The notes below the pieces were generated by a model. The model did not search any database, had not been told where the DNA came from, and saw nothing but the letters and a program-made list of their open reading frames with translations. Below are positions 38,400 through 47,239 of a stretch of DNA of 64,000 bases, piece after piece; the stretch's first letter is position 1, and every line of letters starts with the position of its first letter. The position numbers and the translations under genes are program-made. Source of the stretch: an uncultured Actinomycetota bacterium (GTDB lineage: Bacteria > Actinomycetota > UBA4738 > HRBIN12); assembly GCA_963839395.1 (NCBI GenBank), contig CAWIUW010000003.1, positions 40,393 to 104,392 of the forward strand, in the 5' to 3' direction.

Positions 38400-40005
38400 C
38401 GAGCGGCGAGCGGCCGTCGCCCACAAGCGACGGCCGCTGAGCCGCATCGACGATCCGCTCGTCCGCGCCGTCGCCCGCCTGCCGGTCACGGTTCGCACGA
38501 AGCTCCTGATCGCGTTCGTCGGCACGTCGCTGCTCCTCGTCGCGCTGGGACTGCTCGGGCAGCGCGTCCTCGGGCAGTCGAACGATCGCGTCGGGAGTCT
38601 CGGACCGCTTCGGGAGCGAGCGATCGGTTACGGACAGCTCCAGCGGGACGTGGGGAACCTCCGCCAGCTCATGGCGCAGAACGCGGGAGGGGGCTTCTGC
38701 AACGTCTGGACGGGGGTCCGGTGCGTGGAGAACCAGGAAGCGATCGACCGATACGCGAGAACCGCGGTTCGCCTCATCGAGGCCGGGACGACCGCGGATC
38801 AATTGCTCTTCACGCCGCCCCCTGAGGATCGAGGCGACCTCGAGGACGATCAGAGTAACCGCCCACCGACTGTGGCTGCTGTTGGACGAAAAACTCATCC
38901 CTCTCTACAAGGAAGGCGCCCCGGAACAGAAGATGGACCACGTCCGATCGAAGGCAGAGAGGCTCTTGAGCCACCTCAAGACGAATGCCGCGAACCTGGC
39001 GGACGGGACGCGTGCCGAGGTCGAGGGGCTGATCGATCCGGAACGAGAGTTCATTCGCGAGCTCGCGGGCCTTGTTCATCGGCGTCGCGGCCGGCGCCCT
39101 CGTGCTCGCCCTGTTGCTCGGGTTCATCCTGTCGTGGTCGCTGGTCGGGCCGATCCAGAGCATCGACGCGCCGACTCGCGGCGATCGCGTCGGGCGACTT
39201 CGAGGGGCGCGTCGACGTCGAGAACCGCGACGAGCTCGGTGCGTTGGCCACCAACGTCAACCGGATGAACGACGAGCTCCGGAGCGTGTACGCGAAGCTC
39301 GAGGAGGCCAGTCGGCACAAGTCGGAGTTCCTCGCGAACATGTCCCACGAGCTCCGGACGCCGCTGAACGCGATCATCGGATTCTCGCAGGTGCTTCGCG
39401 ACGAGATGGTCGGGCCCGTGAACGAGAAGCAGGCCGAATACCTCGACGACATCGCCTCCTCGGGCAACCATCTGCTCTCGCTGATCAACGACGTGCTCGA
39501 CCTCTCCAAGGTCGAAGCCGGGCAGGTCGAGCTCGAGGTCCACCCGTTCTCGCTCCGGGAGGCGCTCGAACGTGGCGTGGTGATGGTGCGTGAGCGCGCC
39601 ACGGAGGACGGGGTCCGCGTCGCGTTCGACGCCGATCCGGAGGTCGACGTCGTCGACGGCGACGAGCGACGGATCAAGCAAGTCATCTTCAACCTGCTCT
39701 CGAACGCGGTGAAGTTCACGCCCGCCGGCGGCGAGGTGGACGTGAGCGCGACGCGGGTCAACGGCGAGGTCCGGGTCTCCGTCGCCGATACCGGCCCTGG
39801 TGTCGCCCCCGAAGACACGGAGCGGATCTTCGAGGAGTTCCAGCAGTCCGAGACGGGGGTCGGACTCCGCGAGGGGACCGGCCTGGGCCTCGCGCTCTCG
39901 AAGCGGTTCGTGGAGCTCCACGGGGGACGGATCTGGCTCGAGAGCGAGCTCGGCCGGGGGAGCACCTTCACTTTCGCCTTGCCCGCGAGGTCGACCACGC
40001 CATGA
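38380..40005 (+). CDS. Membrane HAMP-domain sensor histidine kinase (internally frame-scrambled at about 38850-39170)
   Basis: ORF of 541 aa. It has TM1 LLIAFVGTSLLLVALGLLG, a HAMP domain AIASGDFEGRVDVENRDELGALATNVNRMNDEL and an H-box FLANMSHELRTPLNAI. It also has the N-box LLSNAVKF, G1 DTGPGV and G2 GTGLGLAL. TM2 and the end of the sensor domain are in two other frames (see findings). Confidence 0.85.
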   Translation: MSDAPPDERRAAVAHKRRPLSRIDDPLVRAVARLPVTVRTKLLIAFVGTSLLLVALGLLGQRVLGQSNDRVGSLGPLRERAIGYGQLQRDVGNLRQLMAQNAGGGFCNVWTGVRCVENQEAIDRYARTAVRLIEAGTTADQLLFTPPPEDRGDLEDDQSNRPPTVAAVGRKTHPSLQGRRPGTEDGPRPIEGREALEPPQDECREPGGRDACRGRGADRSGTRVHSRARGPCSSASRPAPSCSPCCSGSSCRGRWSGRSRASTRRLAAIASGDFEGRVDVENRDELGALATNVNRMNDELRSVYAKLEEASRHKSEFLANMSHELRTPLNAIIGFSQVLRDEMVGPVNEKQAEYLDDIASSGNHLLSLINDVLDLSKVEAGQVELEVHPFSLREALERGVVMVRERATEDGVRVAFDADPEVDVVDGDERRIKQVIFNLLSNAVKFTPAGGEVDVSATRVNGEVRVSVADTGPGVAPEDTERIFEEFQQSETGVGLREGTGLGLALSKRFVELHGGRIWLESELGRGSTFTFALPARSTTP

Positions 40006-41522
40006 CGGGCGAGCGGATCCTCGTCGTCGAGGACAACGAGAAGAACATGAAGCTGTTCCGCGACGTCTTGGTCGCGACGGGATATCGAACACTCGAGGCG
40101 ACGACGGGCGGCGAGGCGGTCGACATGACATCCGAGCACACGCCGGACCTCGTGCTGATGGACATCCAGCTCCCAGACCTCGACGGCGTGGAAGCGCTCC
40201 ACCGGTTGCGTGCGGACGCCCGCACCGCGACGATCCCGATCGTCGCTTTGACCGCGCAGGCGATGCATGGGGACCGTGAGCGATTCCTGGCGGCCGGCTT
40301 CGACGGCTACGTGTCGAAGCCGGTGAACGTCCGCGACCTGATCGAGACGGTTCGTCAACACTGCCTGACGGGGGAGCCGATGAGCGACAACGCCACGATC
40401 CTCGTCGTGGACGATGTCCCCCAGAACGTTCGTCTGCTCGAGGCCGTCCTCGTTCCGCAGGGCTACGACGTGGTCTCCGCGAACGATGGCGAAAGCGCGC
40501 TGGAGGTCATCGCCTCGGCGAAGCCGGACCTCGTGTTGCTCGACGTCATGATGCCGCCCCCGGACGGCTACGAGGTCTGTCGACGGCTCCGGGAGGACGA
40601 GGAGACCGCGGTACTGCCCGTGATCATGGTCACGGCGAGCACGACGGAGAAGACGAAGGTGATCGAGGTGGGCGCCGACGATCTGATCGCGAAGCCGTTC
40701 AACCACGACGAGCTCCTGGCCCGGGTCCGGTCCCTCCTCCGGATCAAGCGCTACCACGACACGATCGCGGCGCAGTCGGCCGAGCTGCTGGAGCTGAATC
40801 GAACGCTCGAGGACCGGGTCGAGGCCCAGGTCCTGGAGCTCGAACAGACGCGGAAGCTGAGGCGGTTCCTCTCGCCGCAACTCGCCGACGCCGTCGTCTC
40901 CTCCGGTGACGACTCGATCCTGCGCAGCCATCGTCGGAACGTCGCGATGCTCTTCGCGGACCTCCGCGGTTGGACGAACTTCGTCGACGCGGTCGAGCCC
41001 GAGGAGCTGATGCAGGTGCTCCGCGAGTTCCACGACACGGTCGGGCGTCTCGTCGGCCGGTTCGACGCGACCGTGGGGTTCCTCGAGGGTGACGGGGTCC
41101 AGCTCTTCTTCAACGACCCCCACGAGGTCCCGGATGGGCCGCTGCGAGCGGTTCGACTGGCGTGTGCGCTCCGAGAGGAGATGGCGACCCTCACACCCCT
41201 GTGGAGGAAGCGCGGGTACGACTTGGACATGGGAGCCGGTATCGCGCTCGGCCACGCCACGTGCGGGGAGGTCGGCTTCGAGGGCCGCTCCGACTACGCG
41301 GCGATCGGAGCGGTGACCAACCTCGCAGCCCGGCTCGCCGACGAAGCGGCGGGTGGCCAGGTCCTGATCACCCAGCGTCTCCACGCGGAGGTCGAGGAGG
41401 ACGTCGAAGTGGAACCCATCGGTGAGCTCACGCTCAAGGGGTTCAAGAGGCCGATCCCGGCGTTCAACGTGGTCGCCGTGCGCGAGCCGGCCGCGAACGT
41501 GACCGCCGTGCAGGGTCCGTGA
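40002..41522 (+). CDS. Dual-receiver (REC-REC) class III adenylate/guanylate cyclase
   Basis: ORF of 506 aa. The ATG overlaps the kinase stop as ATGA. REC1 has VVEDNEKN, LMDIQLPDLDG, ALTA and YVSKP. REC2 has VVDDVPQN, LLDVMMPPPDG, MVTAS and LIAKP. A coiled-coil follows, then the cyclase domain (AMLFADLRGWT, FLEGDGVQLFF, AIGAVTNLAARL). Confidence 0.92.
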   Translation: MTGERILVVEDNEKNMKLFRDVLVATGYRTLEATTGGEAVDMTSEHTPDLVLMDIQLPDLDGVEALHRLRADARTATIPIVALTAQAMHGDRERFLAAGFDGYVSKPVNVRDLIETVRQHCLTGEPMSDNATILVVDDVPQNVRLLEAVLVPQGYDVVSANDGESALEVIASAKPDLVLLDVMMPPPDGYEVCRRLREDEETAVLPVIMVTASTTEKTKVIEVGADDLIAKPFNHDELLARVRSLLRIKRYHDTIAAQSAELLELNRTLEDRVEAQVLELEQTRKLRRFLSPQLADAVVSSGDDSILRSHRRNVAMLFADLRGWTNFVDAVEPEELMQVLREFHDTVGRLVGRFDATVGFLEGDGVQLFFNDPHEVPDGPLRAVRLACALREEMATLTPLWRKRGYDLDMGAGIALGHATCGEVGFEGRSDYAAIGAVTNLAARLADEAAGGQVLITQRLHAEVEEDVEVEPIGELTLKGFKRPIPAFNVVAVREPAANVTAVQGP

Positions 41523-41699
41523 GGCGCGGCTCGACCGCGACGGATTCTCCTCAGGCATGTGGCCGTGGTGATCGGCTGTGCGAGCGACAGAGCGGGCGTT
41601 CCCTGACACCGAAGAGGTCAGAGTCCCTCTCTCACCATCGATCCGACGAGATGGCTCATGATGTAGGCGTTCGGCAGCTCTCGGCGGTTGCTTAGGTAG

Positions 41700-42224
41700 A
41701 TGAGCGAAACGGCCCGGCTCGTGGCGGCATCTGATCTTCAGAGTGCGTCGACGGCATCCGTGCCGTTCGAGGACTTCTTCGACGAACAGAAGGACGGCCT
41801 CTACACCGCGCTCTGCCTCGTGACGCGGAACCGCCACGAGGCGGAGGAGCTGATGCAGGATGCATTCGTCCGCGTCCTCGAGCGATGGGATCGAGTCGCC
41901 GCGATGGACGATCCTCGGGCCTACCTGTACCGGACCGCGATGAATGCGTTCAGGAGCAGGTACCGCCGAGCCCTCTTGGCCGCGAAGCGTTCGACGGGGC
42001 TCATCCACATCGACGACGAGATCGCCCGTATCGACGAGCAGGATGCTGCGGTTCGCGCGCTCGCCGACCTGTCGCCCCGCCAACGGGCAGCGGTGGTCCT
42101 CACCGACCTGCTTGGCTTCCCGTCCGAGGAAGCCGCCCGCATGCTCGGGATCCGCGCGTCCACGCTCCGTATGCACGCGTCACGCGCGCACGCGGCTCTG
42201 AAGGAGACGATGACCCGTGACTGA
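41700..42224 (+). CDS. ECF-type RNA polymerase sigma factor
   Basis: ORF of 174 aa with EAEELMQDAFVRVLERW...YLYRTAMNAFRSRYRR and LSPRQRAAVVLTDLLGFPSEEAARMLGIRASTLRMHASRAHAAL. Confidence 0.9.
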   Translation: MSETARLVAASDLQSASTASVPFEDFFDEQKDGLYTALCLVTRNRHEAEELMQDAFVRVLERWDRVAAMDDPRAYLYRTAMNAFRSRYRRALLAAKRSTGLIHIDDEIARIDEQDAAVRALADLSPRQRAAVVLTDLLGFPSEEAARMLGIRASTLRMHASRAHAALKETMTRD

Positions 42225-43502
42225 GTACCGGTCCGTACTCGAGCGTGCCGGGGCGAACTTCTCCGCGCCGGAACTGCCACTCGAACGCATCCTGCGTCGC
42301 CGTGATCGGAAGCGTCGGAACCAGCGGATCGCCGCCGGAGCGGTGGGGATCGGCGTCGCGCTCGCCGTGGCCATCGCTCTCGGTGCCTCGACCCTCATCC
42401 GTTCGGATCGCCAGACAGGCGACACGCAGATCGTCCCCGTGCCGCGCGACAACGGCATGGTCACGTTCGTCGGCCCGGGAGGCTCCGGCCTGTACGCCGT
42501 CGAGGCGGATGGGTCCGGGTACCGGCTGCTGCGTCGTGAGGCAGCGACGGGTCCTCGATCTCCTGTCATCCGCGATTCGAAGGCGATCACTGCGCCTTCA
42601 CCTCACCGGTGTGGTCGCCTGACGGCTCGCGCTTCGCGTTCCTCTACGGGATCGAGCCCGGCGAGCTCGGGGGCGACCGGGCGATCTTCGTGATGGATGC
42701 GGACGGGACGGGCGTTCGGAAGGTCGCCGAGTGTCCGGGGCCCGACCCGAGCTCGGATATCGATCAGCGGCTGAGGGGTCGTGGGAGTTGCTCCTTCGAG
42801 TTGCTGCCCACCACGCCGCCATCCTGGTCGCCCGACGGAACCCGGCTGGCGGTTGCCTCGAGTGGCCAACTCTTCGTCGTAGACGTGGACACCGGTGCGG
42901 TAATCGAGATCGGCGAGAAGCTGAATGAGCAGTACGTCCGCCCGCTGACCGCCGCATCCTGGTCACCCGACGGGAAGAGGATCGCGTTCTCCACCGGCGT
43001 CCAGGTGATGGTGACCGACCCCGACGGCTCCGATCCTGTGGTCATCGGCGGCGGCGTGGACGCCACACAGATCGCGTGGTCACCCGATGGCACCCGTGTC
43101 GCCTTCTCGAGCATGCAAGGGATCTCGGTGGTGAGCGCCGACGGTTCGGATCGTCGCCTGGTGGTCGACAGCCAGGTCGACATCGAGAGCGGGGTTGGAC
43201 GGACCCTGCTGGGACCGGTGTGGTCGCCGGACGGGACGCGACTGGCGTACGCACGTGTGGCCCCCGCCATGTCTGCGGGTATCTGGACCATCGATCTCGA
43301 CCGGAACGAGGAGACGATCGTCTACCTCGCGGGATGTTGCCAGGCCGAGATAGGCGGCCCGGTGTGGTCGCCGGACGGGACCCGGCTGGCGTTCAGCGTG
43401 AACTTCAACGGGGGGGAGATGATCATGATCGACGAGGATGGCAGCGATCTCCAACGGTTCCGCGGTGGCGGCGACCTCGCGTGGCAGGGGGTGGCCCGTT
43501 GA
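42217..43502 (+). CDS. Single-pass membrane protein with extracytoplasmic PD40/TolB-like beta-propeller repeats; candidate anti-sigma factor (one frame shift near 42535)
   Basis: GTG 42217 overlaps the sigma gene by 8 nt. A short cytoplasmic head is followed by the TM IAAGAVGIGVALAVAIALGAS. After the shift, ORF 42609-43502 has at least 6 WSPDG(T/S)R(L/F/V)AF repeats. Confidence 0.8.
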
Positions 43503-44347
43503 AGCGCCTGGCTGTCGTGTGGACCCTCGCTCTCCTCGCCTCCGCGTGCTCCGGGTCGCTCGACGAAGACGCGTCGGCATCGAGCCCGCCGCCGGTCTCG
43601 GCCTCCGAGGAGCCGAGCGATGGCACGATCCACGGAACCTATGACGTCGGTGGGCACGAGCTGTTCATGGACTGCACGGGCACCGGGACGCCGACCGTGG
43701 TGATGCTGCACGGGATCATCTGGGAGAGCGGGTTCGGCGGGGATTCCGTCGCCTGGGACGCCACCCGAGAGGCGCTGCCGGCGCGGACCTGTGCCTATGA
43801 CCGGCGCAACGTCGGGCTGAGCGAACAGGTCCCCGGCACGAGCTCGGCGACCGATGCGGTCGAGGACCTGCACGGGGTCCTCGAGGCCGCCGGCGTGGAG
43901 CCCCCCTACGTCCTGGCCGGTCACTCGTTCGGAGGCTTGCTGTCCCTGCTCTACGCAGGAACCTATCCGGACGAGGTCGCCGGGATCGTCCTCGTCGACG
44001 CGACACTGCCGCTCGAGTGGGATCTCGACCCACCCGAGGTCGTCGACGAGGTGAAGGCTTCCCTCAACCAGAACGATGAGCGGATCGACTTCTATGGCGC
44101 CGGCGCGTTGACCGCCTCGGTGCTCGAGCGCCTCCCGGATGTCCCGATCACCTACCTCTATGCGCTGCGGCAGGAGGACGACCCGAACTGGGAGGAAGGC
44201 GCCTACGAAGCGGGGCTGCGGGCGTTCATGCGGAGTCTGCCATTGGGGAGACTCGTGGAGTTCGACACCGACCACGACATGCTGACCAACATCCCGGCCG
44301 ACGTCGCCGACCAGATCCGGAAGGTCCTCGCGCAGACGGCCGCATGA
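43499..44347 (+). CDS. Secreted alpha/beta hydrolase lipoprotein
   Basis: TTG 43499 overlaps the preceding stop as TTGA. The lipobox is LALLASAC. Other text includes VVMLHGI and the nucleophile elbow LAGHSFGG. Confidence 0.8.
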   Translation: MKRLAVVWTLALLASACSGSLDEDASASSPPPVSASEEPSDGTIHGTYDVGGHELFMDCTGTGTPTVVMLHGIIWESGFGGDSVAWDATREALPARTCAYDRRNVGLSEQVPGTSSATDAVEDLHGVLEAAGVEPPYVLAGHSFGGLLSLLYAGTYPDEVAGIVLVDATLPLEWDLDPPEVVDEVKASLNQNDERIDFYGAGALTASVLERLPDVPITYLYALRQEDDPNWEEGAYEAGLRAFMRSLPLGRLVEFDTDHDMLTNIPADVADQIRKVLAQTAA

Positions 44348-44399
44348 GCGGGCGGGTGTATCGACCCTCATTGGTCACGAGGGGGACGGCATCCCAGGG

Positions 44400-45623
44400 T
44401 TGTCTACCCTGAGATCCATGTCATCACTCTCGTTCGAGGAATTGGCGACCCAGGCTGAAGTGACCCCAGACTTCGTGGAGCGGCTCATCGAGCTGGGAGC
44501 ACTTGAGCAGAAGAACGGCGACGCGACGTACGACTCGGCGGATGCGGGTCGCGTCCGGTTGCTCCATGCCTGGGAGGAAGCGGGTCTCCCGCCCGAGGAC
44601 ATCATGGGTCTCGTCGAGGCAGGAGAACTCTCCATCTCCTGGCTCGATGCTCCGGTCATCGCCAGAGCGACGCGCATCGAGCTCACGTTCGAACAGCTCT
44701 GCTCGGAGGAGGCGGTGCAGTTCCAGACGGTCCAAGCCTTGTACGAGGCGATCGGGTTCGCTCCGCCTGAACCACCGACCGCATCCGCGCGGGCGACCGT
44801 GAGCTCGTCGATCTGCTGCGCACCTTCATGGAAGCAGGAGCCGGGGAGGGACCGACGTTGCGTCTTCTCCGCGTGTATGCGGACAGCATGCGCCGGATCG
44901 CCAAGGCGGAGGCAGAGCTGTACGAGAGCGCGATCGAGGAGCCGCTCCGAGCCGCGGGGCGAACCGAGGGAGAGCTGATCGACTTCGGGGCGCGATTCGG
45001 AGGACGCGTCAACGCTCAGCTGGAGCGTGCCTTCCTGGACATCTACCACCGCCACCGTGAGCACGTCTGGATCGAGCATTCCATCGGTCACGCGGAGATC
45101 GCGCTCGAGCGAGCCGGCCTGTTCGAGAAGGTGCCGAAGCCGCCCGCGATCTGTTTCGTCGATCTCACCGGATACACACGCCTGACCGAGGAAAGAGGAG
45201 ACGAGTTCGCCGCGGAGCTCGCTTCGAACCTCGCCTCACTCGTCGAAGACATCTCCCGCCGCCGCGGTGGACGCCCGATCCGCTGGCTCGGGGACGGAGG
45301 CATGTTCCATTTCAAGGAGCCGCAGGCCGCCGTGCTCGCCGGGTTGGACATGGTTGAGAGCGCTCCCCATGCCGAGCTGCCCCCGATGCACATCGGCGTC
45401 CATACCGGTCCGGTCGTCTTCCAGGACGGCGACGTGTACGGCAGGACGGTGAACCTCGCATCCAGGATCGCGTCTCAGGCCGCGGGCGGCGAGGTCCTGA
45501 CGAGCGAGGAAACGGCGAGACGGGCGTCCGGGGCGGGTGTCCGCTTCGAGCCCGTCGGTCCAGCGGTCCTCAAGGGATGTGGCCGAGCCCGTGGATCTGT
45601 ATCAGGCCTTCCGGGCAGGGTGA
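44400..45623 (+). CDS. Class III adenylate cyclase with N-terminal helical regulatory domain (Rv1264-like architecture, tentative; two frame shifts)
   Basis: ORF 44400-44978 holds the N-terminus. A shift near 44770 leads to ORF 44828-45730, which has ICFVDLTGYT, WLGDGGMFHF and GRTVNLASRIAS. The natural end LKGVAEPVDLYQAFRAG* requires a shift near 45575, with TGA at 45621-45623. Confidence 0.85.
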
Positions 45624-45631
45624 TGTGCAGG

Positions 45632-45844
45632 TCACGGGAGGATCAACGGGGGAGAGGGATCGAGAACACTGTCGAGGAATTCTCGAACAGCTTCAACGAC
45701 TGCCTCTGCGTGAGCCGAGGTGAGTGTTGATCGGAAGCCGAAGGCAACGTCATCCGCGATCTTGATCTCCGCCCGAAGAGGGTTCTCCGAGCCCTCCTGG
45801 CACCACGCCCGGATCGTGAGGAGCGAGACTCCTGTGGCGAGCAC
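45632..45844 (-). CDS. Small hypothetical ORF downstream of the SARP gene
   Basis: ORF of 70 aa with a GTG start 25 nt after the SARP stop. The composition is protein-like, but no motif was recognised. It could be a gene remnant. Confidence 0.3.
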   Translation of the reverse strand: MLATGVSLLTIRAWCQEGSENPLRAEIKIADDVAFGFRSTLTSAHAEAVVEAVREFLDSVLDPSPPLILP

Positions 45845-45868
45845 ACCCCCATGATGAAGACGAGCCCG

Positions 45869-46602
45869 TCACGGCTGCGTGACGGCCCAGAGCTCGGCGA
45901 CCAGCGCCCGAAGCCGTTCGGTCGGCTCGACGCCGAGCTCCAGCATCAACAGCTCGCCGTATCTGGCGAACTCCCGAAGCGCCTCGGTGGGGTTGCCTTC
46001 CGCGATGTGCACCCGGATGAGCGCCGCCCGGGGACTTTCCCTGAGCGGCTCGGCTCGCACCGCCGCGAGGGCAGCGGCCGCTGCATCGCCGTAGTTCCCC
46101 TGGGCCGTGAGACGGTCGGCGAGCACCTCGAGGGCGTGAAGGCGGAGCTGCCGCCAGTCCTCGGCTTCGACGAGCGCCCACTCGTCGTACCAGTCCGGGA
46201 GGAGCTCGGCCGAGAGGGTCGAGATCGCTTCCCGTCCCGGATCCTTCGAGGGTGAAGGCCCGGTCGGGGCGAGCAGCCGGGTCGGCGAGCGCCCGCGCAT
46301 CCCAGAGATCGACGGTGACATCGTCGGACAATCCGAGATCCCGGGCGGTCGCCGTCGACCGAGGCCCGAGCTCCGCCCCGCAACCGCGACAGTGCCGAGC
46401 GAAGGCTGGACGAGGCGTGCACGTCGGTCGCGACCGGCCACAGCGTGCCCGCCACCGTTTGTCGCTGGATCAACCTTCCCTTCAGTGCGAGGAAGGCCAA
46501 CAGGCGCTGAGATCCTTCCGGGAGGATGATCGCGGGACCCTCCCTCTCCAACTGGAACCCGCCCAGGAGGGAGATCCGGAGACCCGAGCTGCCCTGAGTC
46601 AA
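45869..46602 (-). CDS. SARP-family transcriptional regulator (OmpR-type winged helix + BTAD; frame-disrupted)
   Basis: The wHTH text LRISLLGGFQLEREGPAIILPEGSQRLLAFLALKGRLIQRQTVAGTLWP is in ORF 45946-46602. The middle part is in ORF 45750-46331. The BTAD text LLPDWYDEWALVEAEDWRQLRLHALEVLADRLTAQGNYGDAAA...LIRVHIAEGNPTEALREFARY is in ORF 45869-46693. Confidence 0.8.
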
Positions 46603-46689
46603 GACATCCCCCTCTGTCAGCGGCTCCGATCAGCGAGCCCAGGACCGTCCTGCTGAAGCGCAACCCTACTTGTTCTTGTTCAGCCCTCG

Positions 46690-46718
46690 TCACGCCGGCG
46701 TCACGGCACGGTCACGGC
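46690..46718 (+). promoter_or_regulatory. Three heptamer direct repeats at 11-bp phasing: candidate SARP binding site
   Basis: TCACGCC is at 46690-46696, TCACGGC at 46701-46707 and TCACGGC at 46712-46718. The repeat starts are exactly 11 bp apart. They lie in the intergenic region between the SARP gene (start 46602, minus) and the DUF4234-like/ABC operon (start about 46780, plus). Confidence 0.55.
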
Positions 46719-46779
46719 CGGTGATCAAGCTCTCGTGTGATCGAGGCGAACGAACTCGAGGAGGCGGAGGGTCTCATCC

Positions 46780-47239
46780 ATGGCTCGAGATGGTCACCAT
46801 CGACGGACAGCAGTACAAGAAGCGCAACCCGCTCGGAGTCCTCGGGCTCACGTTCCTCACGCTGGGCGTGTATTTCCTTGTACTGGTACTACAAGATCAA
46901 CGATGAGCTCAGGCGAGTCGCTGAAGGAAGAGAGCGATCAGCCCGACGCGGTCGCTGATGGCCATGATCTTCGGCTGGCTGATCATCGTGCCGCCCTTCA
47001 TCGCCATGTACAACACCGCGAAGCACGTGCAAGAGCTCGAGACGCGACGAGGAGTCGTTCAGACGGTGGAGCCGGCATTGACGATCGTGTTGATGCTCCT
47101 GCTCTCGTTCGCCAACGGGATCTACATCCAGGAGCACCTGAACCGTGCATGGGGTTCGACGGCCGCTCCGGCCCTCCTCCCGCTCCCGGTCTCGTGCCGA
47201 CAGGCTCCTGAGCGAAGCAACGAGAGGAGGGCGTCGTGA
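46780..47239 (+). CDS. DUF4234-like small membrane protein (frame-disrupted)
   Basis: ATG 46780 follows the RBS GAGGAGGCGGAGGG. The text (M)VTIDGQQYKKRNPLGVLGLTFLTLGVYFL/YWYYKINDELRRV spans two frames. The C-terminal part is in ORF 46958-47239. Its stop overlaps the next start as GTGA. Confidence 0.6.

Noticed and set aside
41523-41699. ECF-type promoter (GGAAC-N16/17-CGTT) upstream of the sigma gene at 41700, and likewise upstream of 35810.
   Set aside because: GGAAC- and CGT-like elements are present, but not at a spacing I could defend without a matrix scan.
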